Source: Hormiphora californensis
Lineage: Eukaryota > Animalia > Ctenophora
DNA: 64,000 bases
Assembly (NCBI GenBank): GCA_020137815.1
Contig: CM035351.1
Location: 4,526,001-4,590,000 of the forward strand
Direction of reading: 5' to 3'
This document shows positions 1-43,849 of the stretch, one piece after another (the first letter of the stretch is position 1; each line of letters opens with the position of its first letter). Below the pieces are notes generated by a model, which saw only the letters and a program-made list of their open reading frames with translations, did not search any database and was not told the DNA's origin. The translations under genes and the position numbers were made by a program.

Positions 1-128
1 ACTTTAAAGTTGTCAATTGAATATTGAATATTGTAAATTAGGGCGATCCGCCGATCCATAGTTATTTTCAATGCCCTTTTTGAGTACAAACTAATAATTA
101 TTTTCAGTCGGTATTTATTCTGTTATTT

Positions 129-255
129 GGGATGGGAATGGTTGTGTGATGTGTGTCGTTGTTGGTAACTTCCACCTCTCACATGACAAGTCCGAACAGT
201 CCACCTCCGCGTGGTCCATCCTGGGCGGGTCCAGCGTGATCCGGCTAAGAGGCTG
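129..255 (+). ncRNA. HDV-like self-cleaving ribozyme at the 5' end of an RTE-like non-LTR element
   Basis: P1 GGGATGG(129-135)/CCATCCT(216-222); P2 CAGTC(197-201)/GGCTG(251-255); P3 ACC/GGT around L3 TCCGCGT; P1.1 GG(223-224); P4 CGGGTC/GATCCG; J4/2 GCTAA with the catalytic C at 245. Confidence 0.85.
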
Positions 256-1370
256 CGGGCGATGCGGTGTGTCGTGCTAGCTACTCGTCATGCTTTAAAA
301 ATTCAGCTACGAATCTCTCGGTGTCCTCCTCAAATTTGGCGTCGGTGAAAGCTGGCAAGGACCGGTACTGCGGCAGCGAGGTTAGGGTGACCAGGGGACG
401 GGAGGAGGGTAAAGCTGATTCAGGTGATTCGGGGCCCTCCGACCTGATGGGAGCCCCGGTTCCGGTTTCATTCAGTCGCAGAGTTATTTCGGGTCAACAC
501 ATCCCTGGTGTGGCCCACCCCGGTACATTGAATCCGCTTAATTGTGTTCGTGATTATTTTCATCTGGCAACTTGGAATGTTTTATCTCTACAGTCATCAT
601 CCTCTAAGTTGTATGAATTATCTAATGCAGTTTCATCTTTCCGACTCGACGTTTTGCTTCTCACAGAAACGCACTGGCCTGGTACGGAGGTTATCAACCT
701 GGATAACGGGCATCTTTTCATTAACTCTGGCAGGGCAGATGGTTTGAGGCGGCAGGGTGTTGGGTTGGTTTTATCAAAATCTGTCAAGAAGTCCTTAATT
801 TCCTACAGTCCCTTTTCTGAACGCATCATGGCAGCCCGACTACACACCAAACATGTTAATATTTCCCTTGTTGTTGCATATGCTCCAACCAATGACAAGG
901 ATGACGCGGTCAAGGAGGAGTTTTACAACCAGTTATCATCGGTTTTGGATAGGCTCCCTCGGCAGGACGTGGTCTTCCTGGGTGGGGATTTCAACGCGAG
1001 GGTTGGTGGTGGGCATTCTCTCCATCAAATTTCCAATGACAACGGTGAGCGGTTGGAGGATTTGTGTGGTGCTTATCAGTTGTCTATTGGTGGGAAGATG
1101 TTCCCTCATAGGGATCATCACAAAGGAACGTGGAAGTCTCCTGACGGTACCACTGTCACGCAGATTGATCATCTGTGTGTTGGAAACAAGTGGCGAAGTT
1201 CTCTGTTAGATGTTAGGGTCCTAAGGAGTGCAGACATCGGGTCTGATCACTATCTGGTACGGGGAAAGGTTAGGATCCGGCTGAGTGCAGCGAAGAACTG
1301 TAGAAAACCAGTCAGGGAGGTTCCAGCCATAGAGAATCTCAGGAAGGGGTGCGACGAGACATTATTTTGA
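129..1370 (+). mobile_element. RTE-like non-LTR retrotransposon, 5' part only (APE endonuclease; RT absent)
   Basis: ORF 267-1370 has APE motifs ATWNV, LTETHW, GVGL, YAPT, GDFNA, IDH, SDHYLV; the ORF ends soon after the endonuclease domain. Confidence 0.85.
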
Positions 1371-1901
1371 GTATGGTTGGCGTTCTACGGTCTCTGGAGT
1401 TCTTTTACCAGCTAACCGATTACGATGTCTACAACCACGGTCTTTGTGAAATCCTTGCAATCATCGGATCCCTTTACAAGTAAGAGAGTTAGTCAAAATA
1501 GAAGAGGAATTACATACCATGTACTTAATTTAGGCCAGATTAAAAAATTATAATTTAAACTTGCACTGTTGATATGGGGGACCGGATATAAATCCTGTAC
1601 ACACACTGAGAGAGGGAAGGTCCCCCCATTTAGTGTGTGCCTTGTTCCTTGACCCCTTATTTTGGTGTCCATAGTTGGAGCGCGCGGTGTCTCAATGATA
1701 GTAAATTGTAGTTGTCAGCAGAAGAGTCGCGCACCGGGCGGGACACCTGCAGCACCCCATGACAACCGACCTCTCCAACACTACAAGGCTCTGTCACTAC
1801 TCAACAGCTGCAGCTTGCTATCGGGGGATAAAAACGCTACTTTTTCCTGTCAATAACGGATAAAATGACCCATACCAAAACTAAAAATCGTTCAAAAAAC
1901 A

Positions 1902-31651
<29,750 letters not shown>

Positions 31652-31859
31652 TTTAAGGACGCCTACGCAAGCAGCTGGGAGGATTGTATTTGTTTATATA
31701 CTTTTAAAAGCGCCAAGAGTGAAGAGAGCGTCACAACGGACTTCGTTTTAAAAAAACTTAGGCAAAAAATCTTGGAGTGAAAAAACAATGAAAAAACCGT
31801 AAAAACGATCATAGAAAACGGAAACAATAAATCAATTCATCCTCGGATCCTCATGCTAA

Positions 31860-32020
31860 GTTCTTCTCGTTCCTCTGTTCCTCAGGTCACCAGTTCAGTG
31901 TTTGTTAGACTTGTGATTGCAATCTTTCTCCGATTTCCTCTTAAGGCAATAAGGCATGATCTCAGGAGGGAGAATCGTAGCCTCGTCCTCAGGTGAGCCA
32001 TAACTTCACTGTACGGTTCT
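31860..32020 (-). mobile_element. CRE-like (RLE) non-LTR retrotransposon 3' remnant
   Basis: PYSEVMAHLRTRLRFSLLRSCLIALRG resembles the conserved C-terminus of CRE-clade ORFs. Confidence 0.55.
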
Positions 32021-32552
32021 CCGGTTTTAAAAAAACAGAAAAGAAGTGCCACTCTAAAAATCACGAGCGCGCGTGTGCCGATTACAAGAAGCGCGTAACT
32101 TATTTGCGCGTTGATAAAGTGCTAACGATACTTCACTTTGAACACTTGCGCAAAATTTTCTCCAGCTCCTCGGTAGACATGACCCTTGTGACGTTTTCGT
32201 GGGTCACATTACAGCTTTAACTCGAAGTTATCACCTGGGTAGCACCTGATTTCCTTTCCAACGAACATTTGTGATAAGCCTTATCAGATTATGTTCGTCC
32301 ACCAAAGTGACAACATAGGATTCAAACACATTTCGTTAAAGGTCAAAACTTATATCCTTTTGTATTCACATTTCACTCCGTATTTCAAGAGATGTACGCT
32401 AAACAATATAATAACATGTGTGTAAACAATTCAATAAACTTTCTTGTAAAACTTCTAAATCGAAAAAAAAGATGTCTATACACAGCTGAACATGCATGTC
32501 TTGTACAACTGATGGGTAAAAGTATAGTTGTCCATGATTAATTAATTATTAA

Positions 32553-35500
32553 TTAATGGCTGGACCCAGCACCATCCTCAAGTTGTCCAATGAATCCCTT
32601 TGCGGTGTTGAACAGGTTCAGAGGAGTGGAGCCATCAGTGATAAGTGTAGACTGGAGTCCAAGAGCTTTGAGCATAGCGAGCTGAAAAAGGGAAGGTGTT
32701 ACAACCGGCCTATTTCTAGATACCATGTCCGCAATACAAACATTATCAACCAATTTTGCCTACTAGGGAGCTCACTAAAAATGCACAATTCCACATCTAC
32801 ATCCCAATTACCTGGTTGTCGTGTCCGGATGTAGCGATCCTTGCGATATTCTCACTTCCAAGAGTGGTCACCATGTTCTCGAACTTGCTAGTCTCAATTG
32901 CAGCCATCTGTTTGGCCCTCTCGATCTCCAGACCGTTGTTAGCTGCCACATAGGTCAGCTCACCCTGTCGGGCATTATTGATCCTGCTCAGCTCGGCCTC
33001 AGCCTCAATATTATTAGCCTCAGCCTTCAATTTAGCCTGCTCAACCGCGGCCTCTCCCTCGATCTTACTGCTCTCAGCCCGGGATTGGGCCTCAGCCTTG
33101 GCCTGTCCAGTACTCTCAACAGCAGCAGAGTTGGCCTGGAGCTTGAGGAGCTCAGTTCGGGCCTTCTCAGCCTCAGCCTCGTCGTTAATCTTCTGTCGTT
33201 CCAGTCGACCCCGGGCACCCTGCTCGAGTCGCTCAGCTTCGTGCCTGTAGTATTGGAAATAGGGAGTGATGGTGACTGGTGAGAAATAAAAGGGGTAGGA
33301 AGGTAATTGCTCATTTCAAATTTGAAACTGAGTAGATGGTGGAGGAACGGAAAAAAGAGGGAATTAGAAATCTGAAACTGTGACGTGGTATGAGAAAATA
33401 TCAGTAACAAAAACTCCTTGATTTACTCAACATCAAATTATTGTACCCACCTAGCAGATGCCTCCTGTGAGTTAGTTGTAATCTCAATGGCCAACTGGAC
33501 AGATTTCTGTAGGGAATCCCTGGTCCTCTGATCCACAGGCTCCACCGATTGGATATCCACGTTTGTGATAACAAGTCGGTTTGCGTTGAACCGGAAACTA
33601 TCCTTCACCTTGAAATGACCGGATGTCTGTATGTGTGGGGTGGGTCAGCAAGCAGCAACAACACATAAAACACAAGGCTAGTGACACACGGCTATCTTAC
33701 AGAGAATACAACAGCTCACGCCTGCTAGACATTAGCTTTTAGCTTACAAGTAACTTGCTGTTTACAGAAAGCTGCTAGCTACCAAATAGGTCTTTCACAC
33801 ACAAAAAAAGAAAGTTCTTACACACCTTGTTGCACACACAAGAAGGGTGAGGTAGCTTCTAGCTGGCTACCACACACAGCTACCAAATAGGTCTTGCCCA
33901 CACAAAAAAGAAAGTTCTTTCACATCTACCTTCCACAAAAGATAGCTAGGCTACTAGCTGGCAATCACACACACCTACCTTCATGTTCTCGTCCAGTCCA
34001 AACACGGATGTTCTGATGATCCTAGCACTGTTCCTGTGGAAATCGTCGAAGGGAACAGCAGCAACAGCTCCTCGGATCCTGGAGGCGAGGGCTTTACAGG
34101 CATCACCAACAAAGTCGGGTACTGCAAACAGGGCAGCGGAGGCAGCGGTATCTTTCTCGTCGGCAACCTGACGGGAAGGAATTTTAGGGTTGAGGGAACT
34201 GATGGAACGAACGCGGAAATGTTATAAAACGAAGAGGATAGGGACGGCTTTGTTATGAACTAAAAGGTCTCAAAATAGTACGATTCTACTCTCCACTGAC
34301 AATTTAAAAGATCACAAACCTCGAAATGCCAGTTGTATGAGAGCTGGAGAGAGAGCCGTGCGTGATCGGAGGTCTCGACAGTGATGATATCAGTCATGAA
34401 GTCAGGTCCTGGGAAAGTGGAGTGGTTAGGAGATTGGAGTGGTTAGGCAAATGGGGTAGTAAGGCGAGTGGAGTGGTTAGGAGATTGGAGTGGTTAGGAG
34501 AGTGGAGTGGATAATTATAACTAATCTCATGATATTAGTTATCATACTACATGACTGTAATGCCCGGTTCGGAGAGGACAGTCTTTTTTAGACAAGCTAA
34601 TAGTCAGTACAATTCAGTACAAGTCTAACATACCAAGAAGGAGACAGAGAGATCGGATAACATTGGGTCGTTTTGGTTTTCCTCCGGACAGGGAGAGCTG
34701 GGTGAAGTGCTCATCAGGGGCCAGCATGATCAGATCAGGTCCAAAGGCAACCCTGGCGTAGTGGGAGACGGTTAGAATTTAGAAAAGGATGTTCCTGAAA
34801 CGTGGCAATGAAAAACAGGATGTTCGTGTGTGTACTGTGTAATTTGTGCTTTTCATCGCTTCTCTCGGCTCTCTCCAGCATATTGTAATGAGTCCAATAT
34901 AACCTTCACATTCCTAAGGTGGATTCACAAAAGAAACAAAAAACACGTAGCGTACTTCTAACAGGATCACAATACGAACAAATTCGGACACCACAAAAAA
35001 CACAGTATTGAAAGGATAACCTTCCCACTTTCATCGCTCTATAGCATATAGCAGCTAGGAAAACACATACCTGGCTCGCTTGGCCTTGTAGTCGTAGATC
35101 TGGGCAGCAGCGTTATGGGGCACTCGGTAGGTGATAACCTTGTGTTTGACTCGTCCCTTATTGTCCTTGTTGTGGGCCCGAGCGGTCCTGAAACGGGAGT
35201 TAACCATTGGGGCCGTGGTTTTGGTATTACCAAACTCACAAATAACGTTCAATTCATTGAATCGCCAAATTCAAGCAGCTCTCAATTAATCTCTTCCAAC
35301 ACCGCCTCGGGAGGCTGTATTTCACAATGGTTTATACTTTATACCTATCGGCAAGGGGGTCAATCTCAGCGGAGAGAAGTTTCTCAATTTGATCAGGGAG
35401 TTCCTTATTCCACAGCTCCTCGTCTTGGTTCAGGATGTAGGTCTGTCCAACGATAGCCCGGACCTTTCCGCTCTTGATATCCCTAACGTAGATACCCTCA

Positions 35501-38500
35501 TTCTCATCGAGAGGGAAGGCCTTCCTCCTCTCAACAATCTCAATGTCAACAGAGGGGATGAACTCAGCAGGTCCGCGGACCATCCACATGTTACCGGGCG
35601 CCCTTACCTTACCCTGGAGGGGTAAACAACTATTATAAAGAGTATGAGGTGACGGACGTGTTGGTAACAGCTTCATTGTTAAACAGTTTATAAGGAGCTG
35701 TCTGTTGTCATGGTAACAGTTACACACACAGTTTGAGAAAAAGGCAATGGTGTGTTATACATCCCCCAACCCAAACCATAATGAATGATTCCAAGACTTA
35801 CCTCACTATCAGTATGAGCGAGGACAGCCTTTACGATAAGGGCCTCATCCTCCAGTAGAATGTACACATCCTGGATACCGCTCTCCAGCCTCTCACCGGG
35901 CTGCAGGAAGAAGCTCTTCTCGCCCTGAGATAGTATTGGATTAGAAATAGGTAGCTCTGCAATTTCTGAAACAACTAAAAATATATATTTCTAAGTCATG
36001 AGCATATCCAATTCTGCCCGGGTGATCAATGCCAATTCACTTGTGAGTATGGGAAAGCTGTTTCTAAAATCTCATTCTAACCTTGACGAGTTTCCTCTGT
36101 CCAAGTTTGTTCTTTCCATCATCACCCAAGGGATCCAGGATAATACAATACTGTCGGTTAGTCAGGGTACTGATGTTGATAGGCGCCAACACGTTCTCGT
36201 ATACATCGGGAATGAATGCTTCCGATTCCTGCAGATAACAAGGTTAAGGCCAGAGGGGGGGGGTCGACGGGTTTTTTGGGGTGTTTTTTTGAGGTATACG
36301 TTATATGAAAGCGCTGGGCAAGGCGGATCGATTAGAACAGACGTCATCGATGTTGCGCGCACCGTTTGGCCAAAATTTGGGGGTTAACATTTGGCCTATA
36401 ATGGATGTTAACCCCTATAAATCAGGATTGGTGGGGTCTAGAACATCCATCATTGTACCAAAGGCTTCGTCTTGTCTTGATACAACTTCCTGAAAAGTTT
36501 TATGTCGTTACTCCAACTACTTCTTGATTTTTTGGGGGTTTACAAAATATGCGGAAAAAGCCCTTTTTGCCTCTAATTTTGCTCTTTTTTGGGACATCCT
36601 GCCTCACTTCCTGAAATAACGGCTAGGACTCAGACCTTGCCGTTTGGCATAGTTGTTCTAGAGACCGTGTTCTTCAAATTTGGTGTAGCGATTTTTGATT
36701 AAGGCCCCCGTTCAAAAATTATAGGGGTTAACATTTGTTTTGTCCATGAAAATTTTATGTAAACCCCTATAATTTTTGAACGGGGGCCTTAATCAAAAAT
36801 CGCTACACCAAATTTGAAGAACACGGTCTCTAGAACAACTATGCCAAACGGCAAGGTCTGAGTCCTAGCCGTTATTTCAGGAAGTGAGGCAGGATGTCCC
36901 AAAAAAGAGCAAAATTAGAGGCAAAAAGGGCTTTTTCCGCATATTTTGTAAACCCCCAAAAAATCAAGAAGTAGTTGGAGTAACGACATAAAACTTTTCA
37001 GGAAGTTGTATCAAGACAAGACGAAGCCTTTGGTACAATGATGGATGTTCTAGACCCCACCAATCCTGATTTATAGGGGTTAACATCCATTATAGGCCAA
37101 ATGTTAACCCCCAAATTTTGGCCAAACGGTGCGCGCAACATCGATGACGTCTGTTCTAATCGATCCGCCTTGCCCAGCGCTTTCATATAACGTATACCTC
37201 AAAAAACACCCCAAAAAACCCGTCGACCCCCCCCCCCCCCCCTCTGGCCTTAAAATTGGAACGAATCGAGGCCATAATTAGCTAATTTAACGTCACATAA
37301 TTACTAAATTAGCAACTGTTTTACCTTGAGGGTAATGAGCCATTGTTCACCACTCTTCCTCTCAACTCCGAACCTGTCCTTGAAAGACTGGAGGGCCTCA
37401 AGATGGAGGGCAATGTTGTCTGTCAGGATGTAGGCACTGATAGTCCCAACAACCTGCTCATAGGCACCGGGCAGGTAGGCACCAGTCTCGAAAATGAGCC
37501 ATTCCTCACCGCAAACGCGGTCCTTACCGACCTGATCCTGAGAGAGAGGGAGAGGTTGATATGATGGGGAGTCTGGGGGATTGATGGATTTATGTTCGGG
37601 AGAGACTCAGTAAATAATATTTAATTCCTACACACCGGGGCCTGCTGCACTCGGGGAAGCAGCACTCAGCAAGATATAATGTCGGTGTACAAAGAGAGGA
37701 AATATGTTATTGTAAAGGGGTTGCTATAGTAACCAGCAGGCAGGTGAGGCTTGGGACTAACGGGAGTTCTTGTATCTATGGCAACAACAAACTCTCTCTA
37801 CTATTATACCTTGCATGCCTTTAGGGCCCGGAGTCGGAGAGCCTCGTTGGGTTTGATAATACTGGCCCTGATTGTTTCAACAATTTCAACATTCTTGTGG
37901 GGGATATAGGTACCTGGAGAGAGGGAGAGTGTGTGGTTTAGGGAAACGATCACATAAGCATGACGATTTGTCTAGATGTTTCATATATTATGGTTACGTG
38001 AGCAGTGAGACTGTCTGGGGATTGGGATACACCATTACTGTACTTACAAACCGTGTATGTCGGGGATGGCGGATATAAACTTTTAGTCTTAATTGTATTT
38101 CGCCTTATTGAGTAGCGGGATAGGCCGAAACAACACGTTTGTAACGAAACAAAACGCTTGTTGGGTTTGAACGTGATGTTTGGCTGACGTACTGTGGAAA
38201 ACAGTGAACTGAAAACTGAATTATGGTGAATGAAAAACGATAGGTATTGAAAAGCTTGTTCGTATGTTGCAACAAACCAACTACCGAGACACTCATGTGT
38301 TGTCATCTTTAGTTCTGTTTATTTGTTCGAGTGCTAGAGCAGATTGGCTAATTAGTCCGTGGGATAATTAACGTAAAAGAGAGAATAGAGAGAGAAAGTA
38401 GAATGCGATTCTTTTGACTTTTATGAGAGAGATAACATTGAAAAGTGTTGCAGATGTGTTCCCCCTTCTGTTATTGACAGAACTGTGTGTTTACACACAT

Positions 38501-41500
38501 TTTAATTACTCTGAATTTTACACGCATGTTATTCAAATGAAGAGAAATGCGTGAAAAAGAGAGCGGGACTGTTAAAACGCGAGCAGGGTGTTAAATCCCC
38601 CAGCTAGCAGTTATCATGAGCACGCAAAATGTTCAAAGGACTGTTAAATCAGCTATCGGGTTTCATATAAGTATGATCGATATTGGTCTAGATTGATTAT
38701 CAATTATACTAAGAGTTACGTGAGACTGTCTTGGTGGATTGACGATACATTCAGTTGTAACTGTACATTCCGAAACCAGGTTTTATTTGGCCAGGGATGG
38801 CGGTATAAACTTTTTATTCTTAAATTGTTGTTTTCGCCTTATTGAGTTAGCGGGAATAGGCCGAAACAACACGCTTTGTGTAACGAAACAACATGCTTTG
38901 TTATGAGTGCAACATGCTTTGTTGTGGGTGTAACACGTGATGGTTTGGCTGACGAACTGGTGGAAAACAGTGATTTACTATCAGTGAACTCACTAGAAAA
39001 TATTATGTGTGAATGAAAAACGATCAGGTATTTCAGAAAGCTTGGTTGATGTTGCAACAAACCGACTACCGAGACCAATCATGTGTTTGTTTCGAGTCTT
39101 TAGTTCTGTGTGTTTGTTTCGAGTTTTTATGTGTGTGTGTGTGTGTGTGTGTTGCGGCTCTATAATGTACACTGCGGTGCACGATAAAGTACAAAGTTTC
39201 CTATTTTGTGTGCACGCTATCATGGGAAAGAACAAAAGATGCCTCATGCTGGAAACTGTGAAGGTGGGATCTGGAGCGCAGGTGAACTTTTATATTTGAA
39301 CACAGTGGTCAGGCCTGATGACGAGGGAGAGAGAGAAATAGAGAGAGAGAGAGAAAAAGCGAGAGAGAGAGAGGGAGAGAGAGAGAGAGAAAGAGAGTGA
39401 AAAAAGTGAAAGTAAGAACTGCTAAGGAGAGAAGGGAGAAGTGATCTAATGCCTTAGGTATGATCTAATGCTAGTGAGATACATGGAACAAAGAAGGGAG
39501 ATTTAGAGAAGCATGATAGAGAAACTCAAAACTGAGAGAGAGCGTCGAGAGACGAGAGAGTGGTGAGTGTCATAGGAGGTAAAAGGGTGAGAAATTCATG
39601 GAATTATGAGAGACCATGTCCAACAGAAATAGGTGATGTAATGGTAGAGCAGGTACCTTTACATCTTTGAAGTTGAATTATTATGCTACAATTATGCCAA
39701 ATACTACTGCTACAGATCAACAACAAACCAACATTCAACCCAAAAACACCTAAGTCCTGACAAACAAACAAACAACAAAAACACCTAACAACCAACACTC
39801 ACTAACCAGGTCCGGCGAATAGCCACTCATCGTGAGCGAACCTCTGGACTCCCTCTGCATCAGTGAAGTCAGTGATGGCACGGAGCCTCAGGGCGGTGTT
39901 GGTGGTGACGGCCCTGAGTTTGGTGACCTTGACATCCATTGACTCTCCAGGGTAGAGAGGGAAGGGTTGCTGGTGGAGTCGGACCTCCAGATCGGCATGG
40001 TTCAGTTGGACCTGCAATGGGGCGGTAATGGTATAAGGGTGGATAGGGAGGGGATGGAGCGGTTAGAGATGGATTAGGGAATAGGGTGCGGGGTGGTTAG
40101 AGATGGGTTAGGGTGCGGGGTGGTTAGAGATGGGTTGATGAAGGTGTGGGAGAAAGTATGGGATCGGGGCAGTTAGGAAGGGGTGAGGGGGGGTTCCAAC
40201 CTATTTTTTTGTACTTTTTTGTACGGACCATACATAAAAGTATCCAAAATTCCTGTTTTTTTCCATACAAACAATACAAAAAAATACAAAAAAATACAAA
40301 AAAGTAATGAAGGATGTGGGTGCCTAATAAAAGTATAAATACATAATACATAGCTGGGTTCCGTTTATGTTCATGTACCACCTATTATATATATGAACGT
40401 TTTTAGTTCCATTGTCATCCATTTTCCCGCTAAAAGTAGGTACTAAAAAGTTATGTAAAATTACACGTTTTTGAAATTCGAAAAAGCAAAATCATTGATT
40501 CAGATTACGATTCGGGATAATTTTCTCGTTAAGACATTGCGATTCGGCGAAATTTCTCGCTTAAAAATACGATTCGAGAAAATTTTCTCGGTAAGAAATT
40601 GCGATTCGGGGAAATTTCTCGCTTAGAAATTCTTGGATAGAAATTTCGATATGGAAAGATTTTCTCTCTTAGAAATTCCGAATATTTATATCGTATGGAC
40701 TAATTCCACAATAATTTATTGATTCCATTGATTTCTACTGTATAATTTATTATATATTTTATTTTAAGGCCGATATTGGCCGCCCCCACGAAATTCCGAT
40801 TTTTCGTACAAACAGAACAAAAAAGTTGTACAACAAATTATGGAGATGTGTGCCTAGTAAAAGTTCATCGACGAGTTCCTTTTGTGCTAATGTACCACCT
40901 AGGAACGTTTGTCGTGTATTTATTATCTTTCATTCGAAAAAGTAAACATCATTGGTTCAGATTTCGAAACTTTTGAATATAATGTTTCCTTGTGTTTTGA
41001 TAAAGAACAATTAAAACATGATTAAGACATGTTTTTATCTTCTAATTATAAGAAAAAGTTGCTAATTTTGTATCAAACCACAGTTTAATAGGAATCTATG
41101 ACACAATTATGATCATAAACTAAAGTTTCAACGATCAGAAAAGCTTTGTTTAATCATTTATACCCCGTTTTATTTTTTTGTATTTTTTTGTACTTTTTTG
41201 TATTTTTTTGTATTTTTTTGTTTGAGGAAGAGCTTGTTTTTTTCCGTACAAACATACACAAAATAGGTTGGAACCCCCCCGGGGTGAGAGGACGGGAAGG
41301 GAGTGTACTGTATTTGCAGATCTTGAGTGTTGTTCTTGTGAATAGTAATGAAAGGTAAGAGAGTGTGGAAAATGAGAGATGATATGGTGCCAAAGCTCAG
41401 AGAGGGGGAATTGATCCTAGAAGATAGAGAGAGCTATAACTTCTCTTTCGTAGGAAACGGCTGCAGATAGTGAGAGCAAGGAGCATGTTTGGAGCAACAT

Positions 41501-42632
41501 ATATTATTCCGTTGTAAGACATGTAGGAAGTTACTCTTCCGTCACCAATTATCTCTTTCACTTGGCTCCAAGCTTGCTCCAACTTTCCTTTTGGGCATTT
41601 TCTACGTTCCTAATACTCTCTTGTTTTCTCTCCCTCTCCACAGGAAGCAACAATAAATAGTGCACATGTGGCATTTAGGCACCACTAGGTTAACAAGTAG
41701 GCCACCTGACTTCGTGCTATACACATTTCACAATGTTCTAGTTTATACTGCGGGGTAAACAGATAGAAGTCGTGTCATTGGTATGAAGTATGAACTTGTA
41801 TATTGTGCGTGGGAGAGTCTGAATGTACATTGTACACACGCTGACCAATTATTTAGTAACTAGATAATTGGTCAGTACACAAGTTAGTAACATGTTTGGG
41901 AAATTCCACCTGGTCTTGGTGTGAGTACCATTACACTTAACATAGCCTAAGTGAGGGAGTGAGAGGGAGCTTGTAAATGTGTACACATATCGAATGTCCG
42001 AGTGAATTTATCGAATGAGTAGAGAGGAAAGGAAAGGGAAGAATAACAGAGAAAGAGGGAAAGGGTTATCTCCCATGCACCGTCATTTACCTGACCATAG
42101 TTATCGAATTTAGCTCCACCCTTATCATCCCTCATAATAGGGTTAGCAACCACGCAGTAGTGGTTAGGAGGGATGATGACCATCCTGGTTGGTCCTTCAA
42201 CCACCTTCTCATTGTCCTGTAGGATGATGGAATGTTTTATGAAGGAGCACCTCAACAGAGAGAGATATGGTATATTTTATAGAGATGGCGTTCATCTCTG
42301 GTTGGACGTTGTTTATCTATTGGTGCGAGGGAGTCTAAGTCAATATGACTCCAGCTTCCTGTTAGCGAGGGCTAGAATAACACACAGTAAATCGTGTGCG
42401 GCTATGTGTTAGATCACTAACCAGAAAGATCTAAAAGCACTTAGGCCATAACACGACCCTGATTCGAGAAAATAACAATCAAATCAATGTTATGTACCTG
42501 TCGGACGAATGTGTCGGGTCCAAGGGTAGTCTTGGTGACATTGGTCTTCAAGTCCAAGACATGAATGTAGAAATGAGGAGGAATTCGGATGACGGTGTCA
42601 TCACCCTTGGGGCTTTCCCTTCGACCGGACAT
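32553..42632 (-). CDS. MVP: Major vault protein (~850 aa, ~15 exons)
   Basis: [99 protein letters not shown]. Approximate exons 42498-42632, 42091-42216, 39807-40012, 37811-37913, 37325-37538, 36082-36228, 35803-35925, 35345-35614, 35071-35187, 34633-34752, 34320-34408, 33979-34168, 33451-33609, 32812-33244, 32553-32682. Confidence 0.96.
36248..37249. mobile_element. Palindromic element, Kolobok-like
   Basis: ~480-bp inverted arms; GG...CC termini; TTAA both sides. Confidence 0.8.
37985..39125. repeat. Two indel-rich copies of a ~350-400 bp repeat
   Basis: 37985-38335 versus 38710-39125. Confidence 0.65.
40188..41280. mobile_element. Non-autonomous TIR element with ~8-bp TSD
   Basis: GGGGGGTTCCAACCTATTT...AAATAGGTTGGAACCCCCC; GGGGTGAG flanks; subterminal TTTTTGTA repeats. 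Confidence 0.75.
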
Positions 42633-42858
42633 CCTGAACACTATTATACAGGGAGGGGGAATAATGAGTAGGATGGAGTAACTAGCACATCAACGACACA
42701 AAGTTAACTAAAGGTGGGATCGAAACAAGTTTAAAAACATTATCAAAATCAGGTAAAAGTGAACTTAAAAGAGTTAAAAGAGCAAACTGCAATAATTTAG
42801 TGCTGTGTAAAAATTAATCTGGACCAAAGAGCTTAATATCTGATCAATCAGACATCAG

Positions 42859-43386
42859 TTATTGATCCCGCTTCTTTATTTCGGCAATTGTAGTGCCACT
42901 TTTCCCCATAAACGCTGCTTCCGCAGCATGAAACTCGATCACAACTCGATCCTCACTAATACCAAGATTCTTCTCAAAGAACGTCGCAAAGCCCTTTGAA
43001 TACTTTTCGGTATCATTGCCAGTCATACCAATCGAGGTGAACCTGGAGAATAAGGATCTCCAGAATAGATACTTTTAATTTAAACAAAATAATAATCACT
43101 TGTTTATTATTTATCAAGGTTCAAGGGACAATTGAATTACCTAACGTGAGCAAGAGGGTCGTCGGAACCATCATAGTACATTTCCAGCTCGTGTTTGTGA
43201 GTCACAACTACCCCCTAGATAATGATAGTTATTACAAACTACTCCTAATAACTTCCCAACCAATACTCTCAACTCTCTTACTTCAGCGGGTTTTTGAGTC
43301 ATCTCAGAGACCAGTACAGTAATTCCTTTCGCAAGTTCAAGCCCCAGTTTTCGAGTGAGATTCGTTGTAACTTGCACAACAGGCAT
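42859..43386 (-). CDS. MIF: MIF / D-dopachrome tautomerase family protein (3 exons)
   Basis: N-terminal M-Pro, TNL, KPAE, GSDDP, TSIG, LGISEDRVVIEF; exons ~43282-43386, 43141-43217, 42859-43042. Confidence 0.85.
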
Positions 43387-43849
43387 TTCGGAATCTACTA
43401 AACAATTTAATGATCAATAAATAGTTTAAGTTTAAGTTTAAGTTTAAGTTTACGCACAATTTATCACAAAGTCACACAATTAATATATAACTTCGTCCCG
43501 CTCTTACACCATACACTAATAAAGTGATACAAGGCTGAGAGGTGAAAATATACAGTTCACATCAGCGGTTTCCTAAAGCGGTTTAAACAATACTTAGAGA
43601 CAGTGATACACATCCTAGTAGCATTAGATGCACAAAATACGAGGAACAAGGGGTTATAGAAAACAAGGTAACGAACTAACAAAACAAGCAGACAAACATA
43701 AAAACAGATTAAACAGAATACACAAAGTCACAGACGCAAAACACAACATCAGCAGTCAATACAAAACGGTTAATACAAAAACATACTAACACACGTACAA
43801 ACACATTCACAGACAAACAGACAATCACAAACACATACACACAGATTCG

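Noticed and set aside
37930-39600. Meaningful diverged duplication (also the repeats at 33700-33970)
   Set aside because: Differences are mostly scattered 1-2 nt indels, typical of unpolished long-read gap fill or decayed repeats.
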